NCBI GenBank assembly: GCA_038213805.1
Contig: JBBQSO010000010.1
Coordinates: 29,783 to 93,782, forward strand
Length of the DNA stretch: 64,000 nucleotides
Source: Planctomycetota bacterium
GTDB taxonomy: Bacteria; Planctomycetota; UBA11346
Direction: 5' to 3'
The notes beneath the pieces were generated by a model that saw only the letters and a program-made list of their open reading frames with translations, did no database searches and was not told the origin of the DNA. This document shows, piece by piece, positions 1-11,538 of this stretch. Both the position numbers and the translations under genes were made by a program. Within the stretch, counting starts at the first letter, position 1. Each line of letters opens with the position of its first letter.

Positions 1-2
1 TC

Positions 3-1880
3 ATCGACGCCTTCAAGGCGGCGCGCAAGGAGCAGCAGGCGCAGCGCACGCGCGAGGACATGGAGGCGCTGACCCGCCAGGTCGCCGACGCCGCCAAGCG
101 CCTGGAGGAGGTGCGCCGCGCCGAGGACGCCTTCCGCCACGACAAGGCGATCATCGCCAGCCGGCGCGAGGACAACCCCGCGACCGCGCGCCTGGCCGCC
201 CTCTACCCGCGCCGCGCCGAGCTCGACCGCACCCTGCCCCTGGGCGCCGCTCTAGAGCAGCGCATCAAGGCCGCCGACGCCATCGCCGATCCCGATCAGC
301 GCCTCGACGCGCTGGTGCACATCGAGGCGATCAGCGCGACCCTGGCGGTGGCGGCGGCGCGCACCGCGCTGGGCGAACTGCGCGACCGTCAGAGCGCATT
401 GGGGCAGAAGTACCTCGAGAAGCACCCGCGCATGATCGAGGTCGCGCAGGCCATCGCGCGCAAGCGCGAGGAGCTGATCGACGCGGTGGCGAGCGCGCGC
501 CAGCTCGCGGTCGCGGTGCGCGCGCAACAGCTCGCGGAGTCGGCCGAGGTTGACCGCGCTGTCGCCCGTGACGAGGCCGAGCTGCGCACCTTCGAGGACA
601 ACGTGCGCGAGCTTGAGCGCATGCACCAGAACGCGGTCTCGCAGGAGACCGTGTTCAACGAGGTGCAGCTGCGCTACAACCAGGAGCTCGCCACCAGCAC
701 CAAGCCATCGGCTTCGATCATCGAGCAGGAGCCGCCCAAGGCGCTGGGCTTCCCGATCAACATCTCGCGCACCATCACCGCCGCGGTCGCGCTCGCGCTC
801 GGTGTACTCGCCGCGGTCACCACCGCCTTCGTGCTGAACGCCTGCGACCGTCGCATCCGCGGTTCCGCCGGCGCGCGCGAGGCCGGGCGCCTGCCGGTGA
901 TCGCCTCGATTCCGCAGGTCGCTGCGCTCAAGCCACTGGCGCGCGGCGGCAGCCACGAGCAGCACCCCGATCACGCCGAGGCCTACCGCGGCCTGCGCAC
1001 CACTCTCAAGATGACCCTGCAGGGCGACGGCTGCCAGGTGCTGCTGCTGACCTCGGCGTGCAGCGGCGAGGGCAAGAGCACGGTCAGCGCACACCTCGCA
1101 ATCAGCCTCGCCGCGACCGGTGCCAAGGTGCTGCTGGTCGACGGCGACATGCGCAAGCCGAGCCTGCACACCATGCTCGGCGAGGCCTGCCCCCGCGGCC
1201 TCAGCTCGCTGCTCGCCGGCGACACGCTGGGCGCCGGTCCGGTGCCGACCACCTACCCCAACCTCGACCTGCAGGCGGTCGGCATCCAGCCGCACAACCC
1301 GGCCGAGCTGCTGCACAGTCAGCGCCTGGCCACGCAGGTGGACCAGTGGCGGCGCATTTATCACTATGTGGTCATCGACAGCCCGCCGCTCGACCCGGTG
1401 TCCGACGCGCTGCTCCTCGGCGAGCGCGCCGACGGTGTGCTGATGGTCACCCGCGACCGCCTCACCGAAAAAGCCATGCTCGCCGCCTGCGTCGCCAAGC
1501 TCGCGCCGCTCGGCAAGCGCGTGCTCGGCCTGGTGCTGAACGGTGACCGCGAGCAGGCCAACCGCTACGGCTACCCGTATTTCTATTCGGTCGCCAACCA
1601 GAACACCGCCAACAAGGCCTCGGCGCTGTCCGCGCGCCATGCGCCGCCCGGGCCCGGCCCCGCCGATGCGAAGCCGATGCCCAGCCACGATCCGCGCCCG
1701 GCCGCAGCGACAGCGATGGACTCGTCCGAGCCGCTCATCGACCTGATGCCGCTCGGCCCGCTGCCCAACCGCGCGGGCGCGAGCCGCGACAGCTACGCCA
1801 CCCAATCGCCCGAGGTTGCGCTGCCCGACCCGAGCGAGCCGCGCCCGCAGCGCTCGCCGTCGGCGGGTTCGAGCGGCTGA
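3..1880 (+). CDS. wzc: Polysaccharide biosynthesis tyrosine autokinase (Wzc/GumC-CapB type), 5'-partial
   Basis: Frame is open from base 3 with no stop before the ATG at 60. Coiled-coil region, TM helix, Walker A GEGKST, A' VLLVDGDMRKP, B VVIDSPP, Tyr cluster RYGYPYFY. Confidence 0.9.
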   Translation: MDAFKAARKEQQAQRTREDMEALTRQVADAAKRLEEVRRAEDAFRHDKAIIASRREDNPATARLAALYPRRAELDRTLPLGAALEQRIKAADAIADPDQRLDALVHIEAISATLAVAAARTALGELRDRQSALGQKYLEKHPRMIEVAQAIARKREELIDAVASARQLAVAVRAQQLAESAEVDRAVARDEAELRTFEDNVRELERMHQNAVSQETVFNEVQLRYNQELATSTKPSASIIEQEPPKALGFPINISRTITAAVALALGVLAAVTTAFVLNACDRRIRGSAGAREAGRLPVIASIPQVAALKPLARGGSHEQHPDHAEAYRGLRTTLKMTLQGDGCQVLLLTSACSGEGKSTVSAHLAISLAATGAKVLLVDGDMRKPSLHTMLGEACPRGLSSLLAGDTLGAGPVPTTYPNLDLQAVGIQPHNPAELLHSQRLATQVDQWRRIYHYVVIDSPPLDPVSDALLLGERADGVLMVTRDRLTEKAMLAACVAKLAPLGKRVLGLVLNGDREQANRYGYPYFYSVANQNTANKASALSARHAPPGPGPADAKPMPSHDPRPAAATAMDSSEPLIDLMPLGPLPNRAGASRDSYATQSPEVALPDPSEPRPQRSPSAGSSG

Positions 1881-1946
1881 GCTCAACCGGGGCGAGACGA
1901 CCGGCAGGATTGTAAGCGGCTGGCGCGCCGGTCGAGCCCATACGCT

Positions 1947-2714
1947 TCAGTATGCCGGGATCATCCGCGCATGACTGGTCACAACCGTCGAGACCGCCCC
2001 CTCCACCACCAGGGCTAGCGCATGTCCGGGTAGTTCCGGCAACGGTGCGAATGTCCACGACCGCGCCTCATCTGCGAGCGGCGCGCGCAGCAGGCGCGGC
2101 ACATCCGGGGGCACGCTGACCGCGAAGTCCGCGAGCGGCGCGAGCAGACCGGTGCCGGTAGCCTTGACGAAGGCTTCCTTGCGCGTCCAGCAGCCGAGAA
2201 AAGCGGCGGCCAGGTCGGCCGCCGGCAGGCGGCGCAGGGCGGCGAGCTCCTCGGGCGCGCAGCAGGTCGCAGCGAGGGCGAGCGGGTCCGCGCCGGCGCG
2301 GCCGGGCGCCAGCGGCTCGAGGTCGACGCCGAGGCGCCGGCCGCGCGCCAGGGCGCACAGCGCCAGGGCGCCGGCGTGACTGAGCGAGAATTCTAGGCCG
2401 CCGCCAGCCACCAGCGCAGGCTTGCCGTGCGGTCCGCGGGCGAAGGCGAGCATCGCGGGCGGGCGGGTGGTGCAGGCGCCGAGCAACTCGCGCACCTGGC
2501 CGTGCGCGGCGATGAAGCGCGCACGCAGCTCCTCCGTGGCGAAGCGCGCGGCACGCGCACGTTCCTCGCCATCGAGCAACTCCATCCACGCCGCCTGGCG
2601 CACCGGACGGTCCAGGTCCATGGCCACCACGACCACCGCGCCGTCCGCAAGCGCGGCGCACACCTGCGGCCACGGCAACGCCCAATCGTCACCAAAAATA
2701 TCGGGCACGCTCAT
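1947..2714 (-). CDS. Sfp-type 4'-phosphopantetheinyl transferase
   Basis: Motifs GPHGKP, FSLSH, LGVDLE, WTRKEAFVKATGTGL. Confidence 0.92.
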   Translation of the reverse strand: MSVPDIFGDDWALPWPQVCAALADGAVVVVAMDLDRPVRQAAWMELLDGEERARAARFATEELRARFIAAHGQVRELLGACTTRPPAMLAFARGPHGKPALVAGGGLEFSLSHAGALALCALARGRRLGVDLEPLAPGRAGADPLALAATCCAPEELAALRRLPAADLAAAFLGCWTRKEAFVKATGTGLLAPLADFAVSVPPDVPRLLRAPLADEARSWTFAPLPELPGHALALVVEGAVSTVVTSHARMIPAY

Positions 2715-2811
2715 GACCGGATCACGCGCCGCGTCTGGCTGTCGTCGCTGAGAGCGGCCCAGTGGGCCGCGGTCCCGGCGGGAAGACGGACTGCATCCAC
2801 GTGGCCGACGC

Positions 2812-4023
2812 TCAATACACCGCGGTCAGCGACACCGTCACCAAGACGCGCTGATAGTCCTCGGCCACCTTGGCCCGGCTGTCGAGATAGCCGGTCTCGA
2901 GGCGCGCGGTCAGTCCGCGCTGCAGCGCCCAGTCGAGGCCCGCGCCGGCCTTCAGGCTGGTGCGCACCTCCTTGTCCTGGCCGGCGGCGGCGCTGGTGTC
3001 GCGGTACTGGGCGGCACCCAGCGAGGCGAAGCCCTGGACCACGTGGGTGAGCACGCGCCGGCCCTGCAGGTCGAGCCCATAGTTCCAACTGGCGTTGCTG
3101 CTGACACTGTTGGCGATGCCACTGGTCAGGCGCAGACCGAAACTGTCGCCGGCCTCGTCCGAGGTCTCGTAGTCCAGGAGCAGCGACGGGGCGTAGGACT
3201 CTGACCGGTCGAATGCGGTGCCAGTACGATCACCGCTGATGCGGTAGCGGCTGTAGCCCAGGCCGACCTCGGTGGCGATGGTGGTGAAGCGGTCCAGGTT
3301 CTTCTTCCAGCCGCCAGCTGCGGTCAGCCCGCGCTCGTCGTTGTATTGGACGTTGTCGTCGTACGCGGTGGCGTCGCCAGTGAGGCGGAAGGTCGCGCTC
3401 GCGTCCTGCGCGTAGCGCCAGGCGTAGCGTGCGGTCACCGTGTAGCGGTCGTAGGTGCCTGAACGAGCCGTGAAGGCGCTGGTGTCGTCGAGATAGCGCA
3501 GGCGCTCGGCACTCGCGCCCAGACCGTAGTCGCTGTACAACGCGTGCCAGGTGCTGTCGGCAGTGACCCGGCCGGCTTCGGTGACCACGCGCTCGCCGGT
3601 CTGGGCGAGGAAGGTCAGGGCGCGATCGTAAAGCGCCTGGCCGGTGAGCTCGTGTTCCTGGCTGGTGCGCTGGTAGCCGAGCGTGGCGTTGCCACCGAGC
3701 AGGTCGAACTCGCGGTGGTCGGCATAGCGGTCGCCGCGCACCTGGCCATCGAAGGTCAGGTGCTGGGCCTCGTCGATGCGGTAGCTGGCGGCGAGACCGG
3801 CCAAGCCGAAAACCGAAACATCATCTTCGGCCACGTGCCGCGCCACGACGTTGCTATCATAGGTGGCGCCGGCCCCGGCACGTGGATGGACGATCAGCGC
3901 GCCGTTATCGAAATCCATGCGCGCGATGGTATCCGGTTCCGGGCCTTCAGCCGCACCGGCGGTCGCGCCCTCCCCAGCCAGGAAGGCCAGAGCCAGGAGG
4001 CAGCGGACGGGCGCGATGGCCAT
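2812..4023 (-). CDS. Outer-membrane beta-barrel protein, EPS-locus associated (BBP2-like)
   Basis: Signal peptide, YDSNV motif near N-terminus, alternating amphipathic strands, C-terminal aromatic (LTAVY), EPS context. Confidence 0.75.
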   Translation of the reverse strand: MAIAPVRCLLALAFLAGEGATAGAAEGPEPDTIARMDFDNGALIVHPRAGAGATYDSNVVARHVAEDDVSVFGLAGLAASYRIDEAQHLTFDGQVRGDRYADHREFDLLGGNATLGYQRTSQEHELTGQALYDRALTFLAQTGERVVTEAGRVTADSTWHALYSDYGLGASAERLRYLDDTSAFTARSGTYDRYTVTARYAWRYAQDASATFRLTGDATAYDDNVQYNDERGLTAAGGWKKNLDRFTTIATEVGLGYSRYRISGDRTGTAFDRSESYAPSLLLDYETSDEAGDSFGLRLTSGIANSVSSNASWNYGLDLQGRRVLTHVVQGFASLGAAQYRDTSAAAGQDKEVRTSLKAGAGLDWALQRGLTARLETGYLDSRAKVAEDYQRVLVTVSLTAVY

Positions 4024-4102
4024 GGGGTGGACTCCGTGAAGGCGGCGGCGGCCTGGAACCGGCGAACCTGTAACGGATCCGCCGGATCAAGGCTACCCTT
4101 AA

Positions 4103-4167
4103 CCGGGTGAGCGACTTTCGCCCGGGTGAGCGGCATCAGGACTTTCGCCCGGGTGAGCGGCATCAGG
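4103..4167. repeat. 27-bp tandem direct repeat (2 exact copies plus partial)
   Basis: GACTTTCGCCCGGGTGAGCGGCATCAG at 4113-4139 and 4140-4166, preceded by partial CCGGGTGAGCG. Confidence 0.9.
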
Positions 4168-4250
4168 CCGCCTCCCCCGGAAACGCGCCTACGGCGCTGC
4201 CCCCTTCACAGCCGATGGAGGCAGGGCATGGAATGACGCTCGGATTTAGG

Positions 4251-4272
4251 GTCTCGCGTCTCGCGTCTCGCG
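4251..4272. repeat. Heptamer tandem repeat (GTCTCGC)x3
   Basis: Read directly; reverse complement GCGAGAC differs by one base from the GCGAGAT unit at 22462. Confidence 0.8.
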
Positions 4273-4293
4273 CCGCACGCAGCGCGTGGCGGG

Positions 4294-5624
<1,331 letters not shown>

Positions 5625-5625
<1 letters not shown>

Positions 5626-6680
5626 CAGCGCGGCCCGCCCGCACCGTGCGCCAGCCCGTCGCGGCCGTAGTACGCCGTATACCAGGCGACGAAGCGCGCC
5701 ACCCCGGTCGCGATCGGGGTGGCGGGGCACCAGCCGATGTCGCGCACCAGGTCGCTGACATCGGCGCTGCTCACCGGCACGTCGCCGGGCTGCATCGGCA
5801 GCATGATGAGCTCGGCGCGCCGGCCGAGCTCGCGTTCGAGCGCGGCGATGTAGGCGTTCAGTTCGACCGGCTGGTGGTTGCCGACGTTGTAGATGCGCCA
5901 CGGCGCCGAGCTGCTGGCGGGATCGCAGTGCGCGGTGTCCCAGCCGGGATTCGCGGCGGGCGGCCGCGCCAGCACGCGCACCACGGCCTCGGCGATGTCG
6001 TCGACGTAGGTGAAGTCGCGCACCATGCGGCCGTGGTTGTAGACCTCGATCGGCTCACCGGCGAGGATGGCGCGGGTGAATTTGAACAGCGCCATGTCCG
6101 GGCGGCCCCACGGACCGTAGACGGAGAAGAAGCGCAGGCCGGTGGCCGGCAGCTGGTAGAGGTGGCTGTAGCTGTGCGCCATCAGCTCGTTGGCCTTCTT
6201 GGTCGCGGCATAGAGGCTGAGTGGATGGTCGACCGGGTCGTGCACCGAAAAGGGCAGGGCGGTGGACAACCCGTAGACCGAACTCGAACTCGCGTAGACT
6301 AGGTGGGTGATGCCGTGCTGGCGGCTGCCCTCAAGGATGTTCATGAAGCCGACCAGGTTGGCGTCGACGTAGGAGTGCGGGTCGGTCAGGCTATGGCGCA
6401 CCCCAGCCTGGGCGGCGAGGTGCACGACGCGCCGGCAGCCGCTCTGCGCGAACGCCGCCGCCATGCCCGGGCGATCGGCGATGTCGAGTTCGCGGAAGGT
6501 GAACCCGGGCAGCGCCGCGAGCTGGGCCACGCGCGCACGCTTGAGCGCCGGATCATAATAGGGCGAGAGATTGTCGATGCCGACCACTGCCGTGCCGCGA
6601 CCCAGTAGGGCACGGCAGACATGGTAGCCAATGAAGCCGGCGGCGCCGGTGACAAGAACGGGGTGGTCGGGGTCGGGCAT
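5625..6680 (-). CDS. NAD-dependent epimerase (UDP-glucuronate 4-epimerase type)
   Basis: VTGAAGFIG, HLAAQAGVR, YASSSSVYG, YAATKKANE, GLRFFSVYGPWGRPDMA. Confidence 0.93.
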
Positions 6681-6702
6681 GGACGGCGCCAAGATAGGCG
6701 CG

Positions 6703-6845
6703 GTCCGGAAGTCCGGAAGTCCGGAAGTCCGGAAGTCCTGGTTGGCGAGGCACCTCCGTCGCACTGGCGTCCATCTCGATCCCAGTGCTGATCGATGCTC
6801 AGATTCCCGGTCCATCTCGACTTCCGGACTCCCGGACTTCCGGAC
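6703..6845. repeat. Inverted octamer-microsatellite cassette
   Basis: (GTCCGGAA)x4.5 at 6703-6738 and about 3 reverse-complement units GACTTCCGGACTCCCGGACTTCCGGAC at 6819-6845, ~80-bp spacer. Confidence 0.85.
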
Positions 6846-6849
6846 CCTC

Positions 6850-7311
6850 TCAACCAATCATCGGCCCTGCCTTGATCAGATAGGCGATCATCGCCAGGAC
6901 GTAGCAGGCCATCCCCAGCGAGAGCAGGATCAGCTCGGCCAGGTACTGGCGGGTCTTGGCGTTGCGGTAGGCGATGATGGCGCTGAGCACGCTCAGCGGA
7001 TCCGGGCCGGTGAACTGGGTCAGCCAGCGCACGCGCAGCGACATCAGGACCATTACCACCGCGCTCAGCACGAAGACCAGACCGATGGCCATGGCATCGC
7101 GGGCGAGCGGTCCACTGCCGGCGATGCGCGTGCCCGAGAAACCGGTGATGGTCAGGGTGATGGTGGCCAGGGTCAGCATCACCTGCGAACGCGTCTGGAT
7201 GACCACGAACTGCGTGCTGATCAGGCGCATGCACTCGCTGAGCGAGCCGGAAGCGCCCTCGCGCGCGAGCAGCGCCGCGGCCTCGGCGGTCGGATCGGTG
7301 AGCATCTCCAT
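6850..7311 (-). CDS. Hypothetical integral membrane protein (about 3 TM)
   Basis: Hydrophobic segments, high-GC codon style; start at 7311 or 7305; divergent from ppc. Confidence 0.7.
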   Translation of the reverse strand: MEMLTDPTAEAAALLAREGASGSLSECMRLISTQFVVIQTRSQVMLTLATITLTITGFSGTRIAGSGPLARDAMAIGLVFVLSAVVMVLMSLRVRWLTQFTGPDPLSVLSAIIAYRNAKTRQYLAELILLSLGMACYVLAMIAYLIKAGPMIG

Positions 7312-7411
7312 GGATGTTGCAGCGTAAGCGGTTGCATACAGTCGGGAAGCCCGGTGTGGCGACCCGGGTGGGCAGACGGCAATGCTTACTGTTGCAGCTT
7401 GCGGGCAGGCC

Positions 7412-10207
7412 ATGACGTCCACATTCACCCACGGACTGGACCTTATGACCGCCAAGATCATCGACTTCGCCTTCGACAAGATCGACCTCGATCTGCTCTA
7501 CATGATGGGCTGCTTCCGCGAGGTGTTGGCCGAGCTCGGTGAGCCGGGCCTGGCCGATCGCCTGCCGTGGCTGCCCGCCAGCGACGCGCCGCGGCGTGCC
7601 GACGCCGAACTCGGCGAGCGCGATGTCCAGGTGCTGTCGATCGCCTTCCAGCTGCTCAACATGGTCGAGGAGAACGCCGCCGCCCAGTCCCGGCGCCGGC
7701 GCGAGACCACCGAGGGCATGCTGCGCGAGCCCGGCTGCTGGGGCCAGAACCTGCGCCAGCTGCGCGAGGCCGGCTTCAGTGCCGAGCGCATCGCCGAGCT
7801 GCTGCCGACCATCCGCGTCGAACCGGTGCTGACCGCGCACCCCACCGAGGCCAAGCGCTCGACCGTGCTTGAGCAGCACCGTCAGCTCTACCTGCTGCTG
7901 GTCAGGCGCGAGAACCAGATGTGGACGCCGATGGAGCAGCAGTCCATCCGCAGCGAGGTCAAGCTGCAGCTCGAGCGGCTGTGGCGCACCGGCGAGCTGC
8001 GCCTGCGCAAACCCGACGTCGCCAGTGAACGGCGCGGCGCCATCCACTACCTGCGCGACGTCTTCCCCGAGGTGCTGCCGCGCATCGACGAACGGCTGCG
8101 CGCCGGCTGGAAAGAGGCCGGCCTGGATCCCGCGCTGGTCGCCGGCCCCGCCAACATGCCGCGGCTGACCTTCGGCAGCTGGGTCGGCGGCGACCGCGAC
8201 GGCCACCCGCTGGTCACCGCCCCGGTCACCGACGAGAGCCTGCTCGAACTGCGCCGCGCCGCGCACAGCCTGCTGCGCACCCACCTCATCCGCCTGGGCG
8301 AAGGCCTCAGCCTGTCCGCGCGGCTGCAGCCCCCGCCCGCCGCGCTGGTCGCCGAGACCGCGCGCCTGGTGGCGGCGCTCGGCGAAGCCGGCGCCAAGGC
8401 GATGGCGCGCAATCCCGGCGAGCCGTGGCGCCAGTACGTCGGGCTGCTCATCGCGCGCCTGCCGCGACCGGTCGCCGAGGCGCCAGTGGCGCCCAGCTAC
8501 CTGCGTCCAGCAGAGCTGCTCGCCGACCTCGCCAACCTCGGCGCTTCGCTGACCGCGGTCGGCGCCCAGCGTCTGGTCGAAGGCGACGTGGCGCCGGTGG
8601 TGCGCCTGGTCGACCTGTTCGGCTTCCACCTCGCCAACCTCGACATCCGCCAGAACAGCGCGATGCACGAGAAGGCCCTCTCCCAGCTGCTCTGCGCCGC
8701 CGGCATCGACGCCGCGAAGATCGCCGAGTGGAGCGAGAAAGACCGCCTCGCCCTGCTCGACACCGAGCTGCGCTCGCCGCGCCCGCTGGTCCACCCCAGC
8801 GCCGAGCTCGGCGCCGAGGCCAGCAACGTGGTCGCCGCGCTGCGCGTGGTCGCGACTCACGTCACGGCGCATGGCACCGACTGCGTCGGCTCGCTGATCG
8901 TCAGCATGACGCGCCGGCTCTCGGACCTGCTTGCGGTGTACATCCTGGCACGCGAGGCCGGGCTGGTGCGGCCGTTCGACGGCGGCGCTGCGGCCGGCGG
9001 CGCCGGCATGGCCTGCCTGCTGCCGGTGGTGCCGCTGTTCGAGACCATCGCCGACCTCGACGGTTCGGCCGCGATCCTGCGTGCCTTCCTCGACCATCCC
9101 GTGACCCGGCGCAGCCTGGCGATGCAGGGCGGCAGCCGCCCGGTCCAGCAGATCATGCTCGGCTACAGCGATTCGTGCAAGGACGGCGGCATCCTCGCCA
9201 GCCAGTGGGGCCTGCACCGCGCCCAGACCGCGCTGACCGCGGTCGGCCGCGAGATGGGCGTGCAGCTGCGCTACTTCCACGGCCGTGGCGGCACCGTCAG
9301 CCGCGGCGCCGGGCCGACGCACCGCTTCCTCGAGGCGCTGCCGCACGGCTCGCTGGGCGGCGACCTGCGCGTCACCGAGCAGGGCGAGACCATCGCCCAG
9401 AAGTACGCCAACCAGATCACCGCCACCTACAACATCGAGCTGCTCCTCGCGGGTACCACTGCGACCACGCTCAAGCACCTGCAGTCCCCGCCCGACCACA
9501 GCGACGTCCACCCGCTGGTCGAGCGTCTGGCGCGGCGCAGCCAGGCGGCCTACGAGGGCCTGCTCGCCGACGATGCGTTCATGGCGTACTTCAGCGAGGC
9601 CACCCCCATCGACGCCCTCGAGCACGCCACCATCGGTTCGCGCCCCGCGCGCCGCACCGGCAAGCGCACGCTCGGCGATCTGCGCGCCATCCCCTGGGTG
9701 TTCAGCTGGAACCAGTCGCGCCACTACCTGCCGGGCTGGTACGGCCTGGGCCAGGCACTCGAAGAGCTGCACCAGCAGGATCCCGCCGGCTTCAAGCGCC
9801 TGGCGGACAAGGCCAATTCGTGGCCGTTCCTGCGCTACGTGCTGACCAACGTCGAGACCAACCTGGCCTCAGCCAACCTTGGGCTGATGGCGGACTACGC
9901 CGCCCTGGTCAAGGACGCCAAGGTCAAGGCGCACATCTACGGCAAGATCTCCGCAGAGTACCAGCGCACCTGGCGCATGGTCGACCTGGTCTTCGGCAGC
10001 CCGCTTGCCCTGCGCCGCCCACGCATGAACCGCACTCTCGAGCTGCGCGACGCCGGGCTGCGCGCGCTGCACCACCACCAGGTCGCCATCCTCGGGCGCT
10101 GGCGTGGGCTGCGAGAGAGCGGGGACATCCCGGCGGCGGATGCGCTGCTGCCGACGCTGCTGCTGTCGATCAACGCGATCGCGAGCGGGCTGCGCACGAC
10201 GGGGTGA
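7412..10207 (+). CDS. ppc: Phosphoenolpyruvate carboxylase
   Basis: VLTAHPTE, GSWVGGDRDG, PLFET, IMLGYSDSCKDGG, FHGRGG, IGSRPARR, LRAIPWVFSW, C-terminal GLRTTG. Confidence 0.97.
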   Translation: MTSTFTHGLDLMTAKIIDFAFDKIDLDLLYMMGCFREVLAELGEPGLADRLPWLPASDAPRRADAELGERDVQVLSIAFQLLNMVEENAAAQSRRRRETTEGMLREPGCWGQNLRQLREAGFSAERIAELLPTIRVEPVLTAHPTEAKRSTVLEQHRQLYLLLVRRENQMWTPMEQQSIRSEVKLQLERLWRTGELRLRKPDVASERRGAIHYLRDVFPEVLPRIDERLRAGWKEAGLDPALVAGPANMPRLTFGSWVGGDRDGHPLVTAPVTDESLLELRRAAHSLLRTHLIRLGEGLSLSARLQPPPAALVAETARLVAALGEAGAKAMARNPGEPWRQYVGLLIARLPRPVAEAPVAPSYLRPAELLADLANLGASLTAVGAQRLVEGDVAPVVRLVDLFGFHLANLDIRQNSAMHEKALSQLLCAAGIDAAKIAEWSEKDRLALLDTELRSPRPLVHPSAELGAEASNVVAALRVVATHVTAHGTDCVGSLIVSMTRRLSDLLAVYILAREAGLVRPFDGGAAAGGAGMACLLPVVPLFETIADLDGSAAILRAFLDHPVTRRSLAMQGGSRPVQQIMLGYSDSCKDGGILASQWGLHRAQTALTAVGREMGVQLRYFHGRGGTVSRGAGPTHRFLEALPHGSLGGDLRVTEQGETIAQKYANQITATYNIELLLAGTTATTLKHLQSPPDHSDVHPLVERLARRSQAAYEGLLADDAFMAYFSEATPIDALEHATIGSRPARRTGKRTLGDLRAIPWVFSWNQSRHYLPGWYGLGQALEELHQQDPAGFKRLADKANSWPFLRYVLTNVETNLASANLGLMADYAALVKDAKVKAHIYGKISAEYQRTWRMVDLVFGSPLALRRPRMNRTLELRDAGLRALHHHQVAILGRWRGLRESGDIPAADALLPTLLLSINAIASGLRTTG

Positions 10208-10606
10208 TTCCGGGTCCAGGGCGCGCGCCTTCGGCTGAACAGCCCCACGTGCCCGCGTGCCGGGCCCAACGCGACCAGGAGGCCGCGCGCCACCGGTCAG
10301 GCCTGCGCACAGCAAGGCGAACGCCTACGGGACTGGCGGTGGTACGCAGACCTTCCCCGCGTGCTCTCGCAGCGTACCCGCCACTCGCGACCCCGGACCT
10401 GCACCGGGCCGGCCATGCCGCGACGCGCAGGTGCCGACCTTGGGGCCATATCGTTTTGGGCACGTTCATGCGCGTTTCCGCCAAACCCAGCCATTCGGGG
10501 CGGGTACTTCGCGACTTGGCACGCGCTCCGTGCGCCAGACTGGCAACGCCTGCACCGTACGGCCTGTAGACCCTCCAGCGCCCCCTTCCACCCTGTGAGA
10601 TCCGCC

Positions 10607-11488
10607 ATGCTCCTCCGCCCCTGCCTGCTCGCCCTGATCGCCGCCGGCCCGCTGGCCGCGGCCGACGCGCCGGCGAAGATCCTGCTCTTCACCCGTTCGC
10701 AGGGCTTCGAGCACAGCGTCATCAAGCCGGGCAAGGAGGGCACCTGCCTGGTCGAGCGCGTCCTGACCACGCTCGGCAAGGAGCACGCCTTCACCATCAC
10801 CACCACCAAAGACGGCGGCGTGTTCACCGCCGAGAAGCTGAAGGAGTACGACGCCTTCGCCTTCTACACCACCGGCGACCTGACCAAGGAGGGTGGCGAC
10901 AAGAACCCGGCGATGAGCCCCGAGGGCAAGCAGGCGCTGTTCGACGCGATCAAGGCCGGCAAAGGCTTCATCGGTTTCCACAGCGCCACCGACACCTTCC
11001 ATGGACCGAGCGGCGCGCACAGCGCCAAGCAGGACGCGGAGCCCGATCCCTACGCGGTGATGATCGGCGCGGAGTTCATCGTGCACGGCGCGCAGCAGTC
11101 GCCCAAGGTCATCACCACCGACGCCAAGTTCCCCGGCGTGGACGGCTTCGGCGCGAGCCTGGAGTTCAAAGAGGAGTGGTACTCGCTCAAGCAGCTGCAG
11201 AAGGATCTGCACGTCGTCCAGGTGCTGGACACCAGCACCATGCAGGGCTGGATGTATAAGCGCGCCGAGTACCCGGTGACCTGGGTCCACCCCTACGGCA
11301 AGGGCAAGGTCTTCTACACCGCGATGGGCCACCGCGACGAGACTTGGGCCAGCCCGCTGTTCCTGAAGCTGATCACGAACGGCATCGACTACGCCCTGCA
11401 CCGCATCACCGTCGACGAGACCCCGAACATCGACACCGTCGCGCCCAAGGCTAACGAGCTGCCGGCGCCGGAGCCCGCGAAGAAGTAG
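10607..11488 (+). CDS. Secreted ThuA-like domain protein
   Basis: Signal peptide; KILLFTRSQGFEH, GKGFIGFHSATDT, EEWY, YGKGKVFYTAMGH. Confidence 0.88.
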   Translation: MLLRPCLLALIAAGPLAAADAPAKILLFTRSQGFEHSVIKPGKEGTCLVERVLTTLGKEHAFTITTTKDGGVFTAEKLKEYDAFAFYTTGDLTKEGGDKNPAMSPEGKQALFDAIKAGKGFIGFHSATDTFHGPSGAHSAKQDAEPDPYAVMIGAEFIVHGAQQSPKVITTDAKFPGVDGFGASLEFKEEWYSLKQLQKDLHVVQVLDTSTMQGWMYKRAEYPVTWVHPYGKGKVFYTAMGHRDETWASPLFLKLITNGIDYALHRITVDETPNIDTVAPKANELPAPEPAKK

Positions 11489-11506
11489 TCCTTTGGGCCA
11501 CTCGCT

Positions 11507-11538
11507 AAGCCGGCGCCGCAGAGCGCCGGCTTTTTTTT
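11507..11538 (+). terminator. Intrinsic terminator
   Basis: GCCGGCGC/GCGCCGGC stem with 6-nt loop followed by T8, 19 bp after the ThuA stop. Confidence 0.9.

Noticed and set aside
4085..4105. ops/JUMPStart element (minus-strand GGGTAGCC)
   Set aside because: Does not match GGCGGTAG; too weak.
4103..4167. 27-bp repeat as a CRISPR array
   Set aside because: Copies are adjacent with no spacers and no cas genes are in the window.
6386..9772. 1128-aa minus-strand ORF
   Set aside because: Antisense shadow of ppc in high-GC DNA; no motifs.
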